Assembly: GCA_041640655.1 (NCBI GenBank)
Contig: JBEPZV010000002.1
Coordinates: 1-64,000, forward strand
Source of the DNA: a bacterium
GTDB lineage: Bacteria; Acidobacteriota; Blastocatellia; HR10
Direction: 5' to 3'
Length of the DNA stretch: 64,000 bases
Under the pieces are notes generated by a model. It was given only the letters and a program-made list of their open reading frames with translations. It did not search any database and was not told where the DNA came from. Made by a program: the position numbers and the translations under genes. This document shows, one piece after another, positions 49,296-60,612 of this stretch. Position 1 is the stretch's first letter. Each line of letters begins with the position of its first letter.

Positions 49296-51059
49296 TCACC
49301 CTTCCATCAGGCCCGACTTCACCAACCCCTCATCCGGCACGCGCACCAACAGGACGGGACATCTCGCGTGATCGAGGACCTTGCGACTCACGCTGCCCAT
49401 GAGGAAGCGGAAGATCCCACTGCGTCCGCGCGCCCCCATGACGATGAGATCCGCGCCCATCTGATCCGCGAGCTTCAGGATCTCCTCGGCCGGATCGCCC
49501 ATGACCATGAGCTGCCGATGCGACGTCAGACCACGTCGCGCGAGCTCGGCGTTGGCTTCGGCGAAGATGCGCTCGGCCTCCAACTGATGCGCGGCTCGCC
49601 ACTCGGCCTCTCGCTCCGGGCTGACATAGCTGCTGCGCTCGATCCGAGAAAGCGGCGCGACGTACAACAGCGTGATCTCCGCCCGCGCGGCATCCAGCAA
49701 CTGACTCACCCGCTCGACGGCCAAGCGGGCATTGGGCGATCCATCCACAGGGATGAGAATGCGACGCGCGCGCTCAGCCCGCTCCGGTTGCGCACTCTCG
49801 CTCAAGGCCGCGACCGCCGGCAGCGGCATCCCGGCCAGGACTTTCAGCGCCGATTCGCCGCCCGTGCTCAGATGGCGAATCCGCTCCACGGGGAGGCCGA
49901 AGTGACGAATGGCTTGCGTCAGGCTGTCCCCGCAGACGATGATGTCTTTCTTCTCCGCCGGAACGCGTTCGGTCACATACTGAGCCAAGGCGCGCGTCCC
50001 CTCTGCGAACGGGGCGTCCTCCCACCGCCCGAGCGGCCCGTTCCAAAAGATCGTGCGCGCCCAATCGAACAGCTCCACCAGATGATTGACCGTCATCGGC
50101 CCGATGTCCACGGCCACGGCATACGCCGGGATCTCCGACGCCACAACGACATGGCGCGGGAGCGCGGCGATCTTCTCCGGATCTCCCTGCGCCTGCTCCA
50201 AAGCCTCCGCATCCACGACGACGAAGTCCGAAGGGAAGACGAGTCCGGTCGGATAGATCTCCCCCCGGCTCCCGAGCACCTGCTCGGCCCGCGCCAGGAA
50301 ATTCTCGGCGAGCTTCAGAAACGCGGTCTCCACCGGAGAGTGCCCGACCTCATATCCTTGCGCCTTGAGGAAGGTGAAACAGAGCGCGCCGCCGATGAAC
50401 AGACGATCCACGCGGGGGAGCAGATTCTCCAAGACCGGCAATTTCTCCGACAGTCGCGCCCCGGCGACGAGCGCCAGAAATGGCTTCTGGGGACTCTTCA
50501 ACACGGCCTCCAACATCAGCAGCTCACGTTCCATCAGCAACCCGGCGGCCGCCGGGGTCACATAGCGCGTGATGCCCACGGTCGAGGCCTGCCCGCGATG
50601 CGCGAGCCCAAAGGCATCGTTGCAATAGACGTCGGCCAGATCGGCCAACTGACGGGCGAAGGCCGCATCGTCCAAATCCTCCTCCGCGTGGAAGCGAAGA
50701 TTCTCCAACATCAGGACCTCGCCCGGCTTCAGCTCATCCACGAGCCGTTCGACCTGACGCCCCACGCATTCGTTCGCTTTCCGAACGGGCCGTCCCAAGA
50801 TGTGGCTCAAGCGCTCGGCGAGAGGATCCACGCGCCAGGCTTCCACCACTTGCCCGCCCGGCTGTCCCCAATGCGTGCCGATGACGACGCGAGCCCCCGC
50901 CTCGATCAACAAGCGCAGCGTCGGCACCACCTGCTGCAGCTTGAAATCATCGGCGATCTCCCCGGTCGCTCCCCGCCGCGGCACGTCCCCATCTATGCGC
51001 ACGAAGACGCGCCGTCCCGAGAGCGTATCCCGCAGACGACCGATCGTGAGCTTCTCCAT
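49296..51059 (-). CDS. Divergent phosphoglycerate-kinase-like protein fused to a C-terminal universal stress (USP) domain
   Basis: PGK fold motifs LENLRF, NDAFGLAHR, DIGP, WNGP, HLSTGG; then RILIPVDGS...GDPAEEI...DLIVMGARG...GSVSRKVL...CPVLLV. Confidence 0.9.
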   Translation of the reverse strand: MEKLTIGRLRDTLSGRRVFVRIDGDVPRRGATGEIADDFKLQQVVPTLRLLIEAGARVVIGTHWGQPGGQVVEAWRVDPLAERLSHILGRPVRKANECVGRQVERLVDELKPGEVLMLENLRFHAEEDLDDAAFARQLADLADVYCNDAFGLAHRGQASTVGITRYVTPAAAGLLMERELLMLEAVLKSPQKPFLALVAGARLSEKLPVLENLLPRVDRLFIGGALCFTFLKAQGYEVGHSPVETAFLKLAENFLARAEQVLGSRGEIYPTGLVFPSDFVVVDAEALEQAQGDPEKIAALPRHVVVASEIPAYAVAVDIGPMTVNHLVELFDWARTIFWNGPLGRWEDAPFAEGTRALAQYVTERVPAEKKDIIVCGDSLTQAIRHFGLPVERIRHLSTGGESALKVLAGMPLPAVAALSESAQPERAERARRILIPVDGSPNARLAVERVSQLLDAARAEITLLYVAPLSRIERSSYVSPEREAEWRAAHQLEAERIFAEANAELARRGLTSHRQLMVMGDPAEEILKLADQMGADLIVMGARGRSGIFRFLMGSVSRKVLDHARCPVLLVRVPDEGLVKSGLMEG

Positions 51060-51159
51060 AGGCCCCCCTCCCGATCACAACCCCCCCCACATGGAGCAGA
51101 ATAGGGGGACAGAGCGCATCGTGGTCCGAACCTTCGTCCGCGCGTGTCACGCCTCGGTC

Positions 51160-51438
51160 TCATGCCTGCGTCGTGGCCACCAAGCGATGGACCAGAGTCG
51201 TCAGGCGCGACTTGTACCGAGCCGCCGCATTCCGATGAATGACGCCCTTCTGAATGGACTTATCAATGATCGAGACCGTCTGCGGCAGAAGCTCTCGCGC
51301 CAACTGCGCATCGCCCGCCTCGATCGCCCGGCGCAGCTTCTTGATGTACGTGCGCAGACGCGAGAGATTGCGCCGATTGATCTCGCGCCGCTTCAGATTC
51401 TTCCGCAATTGCTTCTTCGCCGATTTCGTACGCGGCAT
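51160..51438 (-). CDS. rpsT: 30S ribosomal protein S20
   Basis: MPRTKSAKK, KGVIHRNAAARYKSRL. Confidence 0.97.
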   Translation of the reverse strand: MPRTKSAKKQLRKNLKRREINRRNLSRLRTYIKKLRRAIEAGDAQLARELLPQTVSIIDKSIQKGVIHRNAAARYKSRLTTLVHRLVATTQA

Positions 51439-51480
51439 GTCCTCCCCTCCCAGGCTCATCCCTCGATCGAAGGGAGATCA

Positions 51481-51506
51481 AGTATACGGATGCCCTCGGA
51501 TGAGTG

Positions 51507-51510
<4 letters not shown>
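51481..51510 (-). promoter_or_regulatory. Sigma-70 promoter of rpsT
   Basis: TTGACA-N18-TATACT. Confidence 0.75.
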
Positions 51511-53406
<1,896 letters not shown>

Positions 53407-53551
53407 TCAGGCGAGCAATTGTGGCCGATCCGCGCCACAGAGTGCAAGCGCTCGCTCGCCTTCCCTCTTCGCGCGCCGGGCCATTGCTCCTGTCGAAAAA
53501 CCGGCCTAAACTCTCGCCGTCAGGAGACGAGGACGCATAAGGAGGAGAACG

Positions 53552-54730
53552 ATGGCGAGAGAGTGGGGGATCAACACCATCGCCGTTCACGCGGGTCGAG
53601 AGGTGAATCCGACGCGGTCGGTCGCGCCGCCGATCTTCCAAACGGCCGTCTTCGAGCTGGAGGACGCCGCCGCCGGAGCTCGGTTCGCTCAAGCCGTTGC
53701 CCCCACGGAGTACTACACGCGATGGGGCAATCCCACGACGCGACACGCCGAGGAGATCATCGCGGCTCTGGAAGGCGGCGAGCGCGCCCTCGTGCTCTCC
53801 TCAGGCATGGCCGCCATCGCGACGGCCGTGCTCGCCTGCGTCCGAAGCGGTGATCACATCGTGGCCGGACGCTCGCTCTACGCCGCCACGATGGAGCTGT
53901 TCCGGCACACGCTCCCGCGCCTGGGTATTGACGTCACGTTCGTCCCTCCCACCGATCCGGAGAACTTCCGTCGCGCCCTTCGCCCAAACACGACGCTCAT
54001 CTACGTGGAGACGCCCTCGAATCCCCGCCTGGATCTGACCGATCTGGAGGCCGTCGCTCACATCGCACGCGAACACGGCGTGTTCACCATCGCCGACAAC
54101 ACGTTCGCGACGCCGTACAACCAGCGCCCGTTGCGCCTCGGCATTGACGCTGTCGTGCACAGCGCGACGAAGTATCTCGGCGGACATCACGATCTGACGG
54201 CCGGGGCCATCGTCGGCTCCGCAGCGTTCATCGAACGCTGCTGGATGCAGGCCAAGCTCTTCGGCCCGACGCTCAGCCCCTTCGACGCGTGGCTGCTCAT
54301 CCGCGGGATGAAGACGTTCGGCCTGCGCCTGGAGCGGCAAAACGCCAATGCGCAGCGCATCGCGGAATTCCTCAACGCCCATCCGAAGGTCGCGCGCGTC
54401 TTCTATCCGGGACTGCCCGCTCATCCCCAGCACGATCTGGCCCGACGACAGATGCGGGGCTTCGGCGGGATGGTCGCCTTCGAGCTGAAGGGCGGACGGG
54501 AGGCCGGTCGCCAACTCGTCGAATCCCTCCGCCTGATCACGCTCGCCGTCAGTCTCGGCGGAGTCACTTCGCTCATTCAGCATCCGGCCTCCATGTCGCA
54601 CGGCCCGATCCCGGAAGAGGAGCGCCAGGCGACAGGCATCACCGAAGGCCTCATCCGCCTCTCGGTCGGGATCGAAGATGCGGAGGACTTAATCGCCGAT
54701 CTCGAACAAGCGCTCCGTCGTCTCCCCTAG
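53552..54730 (+). CDS. PLP-dependent trans-sulfuration enzyme (cystathionine gamma-synthase/methionine gamma-lyase family)
   Basis: YTRWGNPT, SSGMAAI, ETPSNP, DNTFATP, HSATKYLGGH, AVSLGG, RLSVGIED. Confidence 0.92.
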   Translation: MAREWGINTIAVHAGREVNPTRSVAPPIFQTAVFELEDAAAGARFAQAVAPTEYYTRWGNPTTRHAEEIIAALEGGERALVLSSGMAAIATAVLACVRSGDHIVAGRSLYAATMELFRHTLPRLGIDVTFVPPTDPENFRRALRPNTTLIYVETPSNPRLDLTDLEAVAHIAREHGVFTIADNTFATPYNQRPLRLGIDAVVHSATKYLGGHHDLTAGAIVGSAAFIERCWMQAKLFGPTLSPFDAWLLIRGMKTFGLRLERQNANAQRIAEFLNAHPKVARVFYPGLPAHPQHDLARRQMRGFGGMVAFELKGGREAGRQLVESLRLITLAVSLGGVTSLIQHPASMSHGPIPEEERQATGITEGLIRLSVGIEDAEDLIADLEQALRRLP

Positions 54731-54736
54731 GCGGAT

Positions 54737-55183
54737 TCACGCCGAAGGCTGACGCACGGTGAGCACCGGACAGCGCGCCAAGCGCACGATTTTCTCGGCG
54801 ACCGAGCCGAAGACGAGATGGCGCCATCCCGTGCGCCCATGCGTCGCGATGACGATCATGTCTACTGCCTGCTCCTCAGCCGCCCGCAGGATCTGCTCGG
54901 CCACGTCGCCATGCGCGATGATCGGATGGATGACGACGCGCGTCGCCAGCTCCTTCACAAACGCCGCCATCTGCCGCTCCGCCTCCTCATGGAGCGCTCG
55001 CTCGTATTCCGGCACATCGAAATGATAGGTCGGTCGCGGCTCCACATACGGGAGCGCGGGGATGACGTGGATCACATAGAGCTCCGCGCCGAAAGCTTCC
55101 GCCAAGGGAATCGCCAGATCGAACGCTCGTCGAGCGGCTTCGCTGAAATCCGTCGGACACAAGATGCGCTTCAGTTGCAGCAT
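54737..55183 (-). CDS. Universal stress protein
   Basis: KRILCPTDFSE, IATHGRTG, FGSVAEKIVRLARCPVLTV. Confidence 0.93.
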   Translation of the reverse strand: MLQLKRILCPTDFSEAARRAFDLAIPLAEAFGAELYVIHVIPALPYVEPRPTYHFDVPEYERALHEEAERQMAAFVKELATRVVIHPIIAHGDVAEQILRAAEEQAVDMIVIATHGRTGWRHLVFGSVAEKIVRLARCPVLTVRQPSA

Positions 55184-55266
55184 AGGCCCCTCCTCAAAAG
55201 GTTCCCCCACGCGATCCCTGGGATCGTGTGCGGTTCAGACACAGAACTCAGAGCGCGCGGTCGTAT

Positions 55267-56346
55267 TCAAGAACCCTCGGGGGACGTCGCGCCGGGGCGA
55301 AAGCCCACGCCCTCGACGGAGATCACACCCGGTCTCCCCACTTCTCCGTCCACCTCGAACTTCACGGGCAAGAATTGCTCGATGACCCAGACATTGGTCA
55401 CCAAGTGAGTGGTGATCTCCGAAACGGTCATGGTCGAGCGCCCCTCGGCCAGCGCCATGTAGAGCAGCAACTGATCCGCCAAATGCCGCTCCACCACTTT
55501 GCCGGAGCGATGATGCGCCATGAACGCGCGATGGACCTCATCGGCAACCGTCTCAGCGCGTTTCCCGACCTCGCCCAGAGCGCTGAATCCCGCCACCACA
55601 TCCCCATAATACGCGAAGGCGAACAACCCCGCTCCTTTTCCCGAAGCCGGCGCCTGCAACAACTCCACTTCGGCCACCAGCTCGGAGTGCGCCAACCGCT
55701 GCAGCAGGCGCCGACAGAAACGCTCGGCGATCGAAAGCGGGAGATTGGAGACGACGGCCAATCCCTCGATCTTGACCAACTCCTCCCGTCGGGTCAGCTC
55801 CACGGCCGACAGCCGCTCCACGGGCTCAATGTCGGCTTCGACGATCCCTCCGCCTTGAGGATACCATCCCCAACGAACCGTCTTCAGACTCGCGCGTCCT
55901 CCCATTCGGCGCAGGGCGGGCAAGAAAACTCGCTCCACGTACGTCGTCGGAGGGCTGAAGGGGACATGCGTGCCCCCTCTCAAGATCAAATGCGTCGGGC
56001 GCGGAGCGAAGAGCAGAGCGGGCAGGACGGTCTGGAAGATCAGGCTCACCGAGCCGGCGCTGGCCCGAATCTTGCTCACGTCAAATTCGTAGACGCCGCC
56101 ATCATACGTCCCCGGCCTGAAGATGAGCAACTCCGATCCCAATTCGTCCCCGAGCGTGCGCCCGCGCGTGATGTCTCGAATCGCGCGCACGGCCGTCAGA
56201 TGCTGCGGCTGCAAGCCAGGGACTTTGCGCCCACGACGGATGTTGACGATCTCCACCTCGCGCGAGAGCAAGGCCGCCAGCGCCAAACTCGTCCGCAGGA
56301 TTTGCCCCCCTCCCTCGCCGACCGATCCGTCTATGCGCACGACCAT
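55267..56346 (-). CDS. rtcA: RNA 3'-terminal phosphate cyclase
   Basis: IDGSVGEGGGQILRT, PGLQPQH, GGTHV, GWYPQGGG, HLADQLL. Confidence 0.95.
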   Translation of the reverse strand: MVVRIDGSVGEGGGQILRTSLALAALLSREVEIVNIRRGRKVPGLQPQHLTAVRAIRDITRGRTLGDELGSELLIFRPGTYDGGVYEFDVSKIRASAGSVSLIFQTVLPALLFAPRPTHLILRGGTHVPFSPPTTYVERVFLPALRRMGGRASLKTVRWGWYPQGGGIVEADIEPVERLSAVELTRREELVKIEGLAVVSNLPLSIAERFCRRLLQRLAHSELVAEVELLQAPASGKGAGLFAFAYYGDVVAGFSALGEVGKRAETVADEVHRAFMAHHRSGKVVERHLADQLLLYMALAEGRSTMTVSEITTHLVTNVWVIEQFLPVKFEVDGEVGRPGVISVEGVGFRPGATSPEGS

Positions 56347-57039
56347 AGCCCCACTCCCCCCGTGCCGATACCGCGATGCGGATGGAACCTCCCATCCGCC
56401 CTCGCCTCTGTCACACGGCGGCCGATCGGTATCAATTTTAGCCGGCGCACGACACAGTCTCCAATTGCCCGCAGAAGAGCACGGGCACGTCCACTTCGAG
56501 CGCGCGAGGGACACATCGGCCGGCATCTCGCGACTTCAGCCCCGCCCGAGCCTTCGAACCCTCCACCTCTGGGACCAAGGCCGCGTCCGCTTGCAATTCT
56601 CCATTCACAAGCAGATGGGGCGCGCGCGAATCGTCCGCACGGCCTCGTGCACTTACTCCCCCGATGGGCGCTCACCCTCGTGGGGAACAAGAGCGACGCG
56701 CGGCTCCAGCTCTGCGCGCCTTCGGCCGATGCGATGGCAATGTCCGCCCTAAAGGAGCCGTTTCAGAAACGGAGACCTAAGCCGAAAGAGAACTGGGGAT
56801 TGTGACCGGTGAAGCGTTCCGACCAAATCGGCCCGACCGCTGTCCAGCTCGCCCGACTCCCGAAGCGAACGATGGTGTCGCTAACTTCGAAGCACACAAA
56901 TCAGCGGTTCTTCTCCGGAGGAGAGGTCTCGACGACGCCTCCCACATCTGCGGCGGAATTTCCTTGATGCAGCCGCGCAATCGGCACAGCTCCATCCGCA
57001 CTGGTGAGGAAATCTTTAGTGAAGTTGAGGAGCCCTCTC

Positions 57040-57372
57040 CTAGCCTTCGTGAAGAACCCGACCTTCGTGAAGCGTCGTCCGACCTTCGCCCTCCATGACC
57101 ATTGGCTCTTCCAACCGTCGGCGATCCTCGAATCCGGGAAAAAAGTTCACGACCATCTCGAGAGCGACACGCTCGGTGACGTTGTATCCGATTCGAACTC
57201 CGATGCCCATAAAGGCCCTCCTCGGCTGGCCCTTGAAACTTCGCATATGGAGGATGGCCGGAGTTCCACCTCAACCCGAGACCATCAGTCCTGCGCGCGA
57301 GCCGCATCTCTTTTCGGAAGAAGGGCCATCGGGGCGATAACCTCCAGAAGGAGCTTCGGCTTTTCCCTATTG
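57040..57372 (-). pseudogene. Decayed outer-membrane beta-barrel gene
   Basis: RBS then lost start (ATAGG); signal-like REKPKLLLEVIAPMALL..ARAQD, in-frame stop, RVEVE, then frameshift to GIGVRIGYNVTERVALEMVVNFFP. Confidence 0.55.
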
Positions 57373-57416
57373 GCTCCTCCCCTCTCGCCTTACTGCAGTG
57401 CATGCCGACAACGCCG

Positions 57417-58103
57417 TCATCCCGTGGCCAGGCGATCCCAGTCCTTCCGCTCAAGAAGTCGAACCATGAGGAAATGGAGACCGAGGACCAAGAGAACAGC
57501 GATCCCATGACCAACTACGATGAAGGACCACCGTTCGGAGAGCCGGGCGAGCGGCATGAGCTCATTGGGATAAAAGAACGCCAGAAACACGCCGCTGTAC
57601 CAGATCACGACGATGATGATCCCAGCGAGGCGATAATCGAGCCAGAGATATAAGAACAGCGCCAACTGCGTCAAAAGCACCATCACAATGGGAATCCACC
57701 TCGCGAGGGCAGTTCCAAATGACCCAAGCACATCCATCTCGTGATCCTCTTGCAACGAGAGCACCAGCGACCGAGCGACGACGACCACCGCCCCCAAGAG
57801 CAACAGCATGCTGAGCGCGACCACCTCCTTTGCGATAGCAAGATGATGTGCGCTCAACGGAAGGAGCCGAAGCAAGAACAATGTGCGCTTGGCCTTTTCC
57901 ATCCCGATGAGCCAGTACGCGATGAACATCGGGAAGAGGAACGCCACGGGAAGCAAAGCCAGCGAGAGCGTAGGGACGACTCCACCGGGTCCCAGGAGAA
58001 GAGGCAGAAGCTGAGATGTTGCGATCACCACCAGGAAGCCTAGCAGATGGGTCGCATGCTCTCGGAAGTCCTTCTTCACCAATGCCCAGATGGATGCCCT
58101 CAC
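57417..58103 (-). CDS. ABC-2 type transporter permease
   Basis: ALVKKDFRE, about six TM helices, EKAKRTLFLLRLLPLS; GTGA overlap with the ATPase gene. Confidence 0.8.
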   Translation of the reverse strand: MRASIWALVKKDFREHATHLLGFLVVIATSQLLPLLLGPGGVVPTLSLALLPVAFLFPMFIAYWLIGMEKAKRTLFLLRLLPLSAHHLAIAKEVVALSMLLLLGAVVVVARSLVLSLQEDHEMDVLGSFGTALARWIPIVMVLLTQLALFLYLWLDYRLAGIIIVVIWYSGVFLAFFYPNELMPLARLSERWSFIVVGHGIAVLLVLGLHFLMVRLLERKDWDRLATG

Positions 58104-58969
58104 GCCAGCCCCAGGAACAGCTCATGCAAGGTCGGCGCCCGCACGTCGAGGACGGCGATCCCGCGAGCGGTCAATTCAGCGACAAGCCCTTCTGATTCCT
58201 GACGGCGACAGAGAAGGCGCACCGAACCGTCGCGCCCTCGAATCACAGGGAAAGCACTCCATTGCTGAGCGCTCGTCCAGGAGGCCACGGACAGAATCCT
58301 CCACTCCCTCTCCAGGTCACCCAAAGACGCATGTGTCACCACTTCGCCATGACGAATGATCACAATCTCGTCAGCTACAGCCACAACATCTTCAAGGATA
58401 TGCGAGCTGATTAAAACCGCTCGTCCCGCTTCGGGAGCGATCGCGTCCTCCCGCAGCCACTGCAAAAAGTCGGCCCGCGCGATCGGATCGAGCCCCGCCA
58501 TGGGCTCGTCCAGAAGGAGCAAGATAGGCCGATACGCCAACGCGGCGATCAATGCGAGTCCGACCCGCATGCCATGCGAGAGCTCGCGAATTTGCTTATG
58601 GGGATCGAGACGAAAGCGTTCAAGGAGCCGCTGACAATATGCGTCATCCCAGGTCGGATAGTGAGCAGCGATGAATCTCAGGAACTGCTCGACGCGCATC
58701 CAGTCGTACAACGGATGCGATTCGGCGACATATCCCACCGATCGTCGCCACGCCACCTCACCATACTCCCGCTCGACGCCCTGAAACCGGATGCTCCCCC
58801 GATCGCGCGGAATCACTCCAAGGGCACATTTGATCAACGTCGTCTTCCCCGCTCCGTTGCGTCCCAAAAGGGCAGTAACGGTCCCCCTTTTGAGGGTCAA
58901 GCTCACATCCCTCAGGGTGAACCCGGGATACGACTTCCACAAGTGCCGAATCTCCAATACCGGCACCAT
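58100..58969 (-). CDS. ABC transporter ATP-binding protein (YtrB/YhcG-like)
   Basis: GRNGAGKTT, LSHGM, LLLDEP, SSH. Confidence 0.92.
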   Translation of the reverse strand: MVPVLEIRHLWKSYPGFTLRDVSLTLKRGTVTALLGRNGAGKTTLIKCALGVIPRDRGSIRFQGVEREYGEVAWRRSVGYVAESHPLYDWMRVEQFLRFIAAHYPTWDDAYCQRLLERFRLDPHKQIRELSHGMRVGLALIAALAYRPILLLLDEPMAGLDPIARADFLQWLREDAIAPEAGRAVLISSHILEDVVAVADEIVIIRHGEVVTHASLGDLEREWRILSVASWTSAQQWSAFPVIRGRDGSVRLLCRRQESEGLVAELTARGIAVLDVRAPTLHELFLGLA

Positions 58970-59120
58970 CTCGCCCACCTCACCTTCACGCTCTCTCGTG
59001 CGACCCTCGGCTCGAAAGCTCACCGCGCTCGATGAGGAAGCCCCCTACACATACTCGGTGGAGCTCCTTTCTCAGGCGTCCCTCATCGTTCCTCAGTGCC
59101 ACGCATCACGCCCTCTGCCG

Positions 59121-59852
59121 CTACCGCACGGACTCCACCTCAGGCGGAGGAGCGAAGAGCGACAGAGGAAGATCACCTCCCATCGTGACTTTCGTCGTGA
59201 GGATCGTGATCTTACTCTCGCGCTCCATGGAAGGAGGCGTCGGGATCGCCGTGCTCTCGATCTTCCATGGGATCGCATCAGGAATGCCGATCCACAACCG
59301 CATGCGCACATCATACAGACTCAAGACCGCCGCCTCGAACACGTAACAGGGGATGCGCTCGCCCGTTCTCGTTTCGACATCTTCCTGCCCACGAAGCACG
59401 ATCTCGCGAACGATGGGGGCCGTGGGCGGAGTCAAAACCACGGCGCTTCCCATCGGCACAGGGATGAGGAGCCCAATCCATGAGTCGAACCATAACGGGC
59501 GTTGTGCATTCACCGGTCGTTTGTACCCCCGACTTCGCTCCGGATATTGGGTGACGTGCCACACCCACTGACCATCGGAAAGGATAAGCTTAGGGAACTC
59601 CCCTCGCAGCTCGAACCGGAAGAGATTCGGCCGTTTAAAGGCGGCCCAGAATTCTCGCTCCGTCCGCCGAATCATCCCCTCATACCGGGTCTCGCTGACG
59701 ACGAGCCCTTCCAGTTGCACTTCGGCGATCTGCTGCCGCCGCGCTTCGATCTCTTGGATCAGCCTTTCGGGAGCCCCTTGGCCCCAAGCGTGTCCCCAGA
59801 GAAATCCGAGCTGGAATATCACAACCCCTACTGCCCCACCTCTCCGCAACAT
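59121..59852 (-). CDS. LolA/LolA-like lipoprotein carrier-fold protein
   Basis: Signal peptide; FKRPNLFRFE, ILSDGQWVW, RLWI, LFAPPP pattern of LolA-fold proteins. Confidence 0.68.
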   Translation of the reverse strand: MLRRGGAVGVVIFQLGFLWGHAWGQGAPERLIQEIEARRQQIAEVQLEGLVVSETRYEGMIRRTEREFWAAFKRPNLFRFELRGEFPKLILSDGQWVWHVTQYPERSRGYKRPVNAQRPLWFDSWIGLLIPVPMGSAVVLTPPTAPIVREIVLRGQEDVETRTGERIPCYVFEAAVLSLYDVRMRLWIGIPDAIPWKIESTAIPTPPSMERESKITILTTKVTMGGDLPLSLFAPPPEVESVR

Positions 59853-60001
59853 AGTCCCCTCCTCTCCGGTGCCAAGGCTCCTCTCACAACGAGCCTTGGA
59901 AGTCGTAAATATGAGCTGTTCGGCATATGCCGTCAAGAGAACGCATCCTCAGACGCTCCAGGCATGAGATGAGAAACGTCTCGGACTGCCCGTCCTCATC
60001 C

Positions 60002-60283
60002 TCATCTGTTATTATTCGGGCCCTCACACCACTCCTCAACACACTGATCCTGGCACCTCTCTAAATCGGAGCGAATACGGCTGCACTCTGCATTGAAAAA
60101 CACCGAGAAGACAGCAATGGCCGCAGCGATACATCCGGCGATCGCGAGCAGATTCCCTGCGCCGCAGCAGGCAGCGATTGCGGTGGAAAGACCTGCCCCC
60201 ACATAGTTCCTCAGGGTCGCATAGGAACTCTCAGCAAACTCGCGACAGCGACTCAAACAATCGGATCTGCCTTTCTCATTCAT
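60002..60283 (-). CDS. Cys-rich peptide with hydrophobic hairpin (probable C-terminal half of a split gene)
   Basis: 9 Cys, CLSRC...CQDQC flanking GAGLSTAIAACCGAGNLLAIAGCIAAAIAVFSVFF; no own RBS. Confidence 0.6.
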   Translation of the reverse strand: MNEKGRSDCLSRCREFAESSYATLRNYVGAGLSTAIAACCGAGNLLAIAGCIAAAIAVFSVFFNAECSRIRSDLERCQDQCVEEWCEGPNNNR

Positions 60284-60536
60284 CAATCGCGAACTCGCAA
60301 GACACATATAAGGTAGAGACGTCGCAATCGAAAAGGCCGGGATCGAGTCCTGGCTCAGAACACACTTCTTCCGAATGAACGATAATCCCGCCTTGGGCGT
60401 TCGGCGTACGCTTCAGCAGGCTCGCGACACGTTCGCTTTCGCCTCCTGCTGGAAGGGTTTTTGCCGAGGTAACGCACGCAGCTATTAGGGCGAGTCCAAC
60501 AGCCGCCCCTCTGAGAGCCCTCATTCTCCCGGTCAT
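60276..60536 (-). CDS. Putative lipoprotein (probable N-terminal half of a split gene)
   Basis: GAGGAGG RBS; MTGRMRALRGAAVGLALIAA-C lipobox-like signal; ends at the ATGAATGA junction. Confidence 0.6.
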   Translation of the reverse strand: MTGRMRALRGAAVGLALIAACVTSAKTLPAGGESERVASLLKRTPNAQGGIIVHSEEVCSEPGLDPGLFDCDVSTLYVSCEFAIDE

Positions 60537-60579
60537 GTGAGCCCTCCTCGCCTCAATATCCCACTTCATGGCGGCCTTG

Positions 60580-60612
60580 AGTATAGTGTCTGTCTGTCTG
60601 TCTGTCTGTCAA
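60580..60612 (-). promoter_or_regulatory. Sigma-70 promoter with microsatellite spacer
   Basis: TTGACA (60612-60607), 21-nt spacer (GACA)5C, TATACT (60585-60580). Confidence 0.75.
60587..60610. repeat. (TGTC)6 tetranucleotide microsatellite
   Basis: Six perfect TGTC copies read directly. Confidence 0.97.

Noticed and set aside
56347..57039. Gene or ncRNA in the gap upstream of rtcA
   Set aside because: ORFs there lack recognisable motifs or RBS; no sigma-54 site for rtcA or RNA family recognised
60276..60278. TGA as a second selenocysteine codon
   Set aside because: Read-through in that frame gives no convincing continuation and I saw no SECIS-like hairpin; the Cys-rich continuation is in the +1 frame
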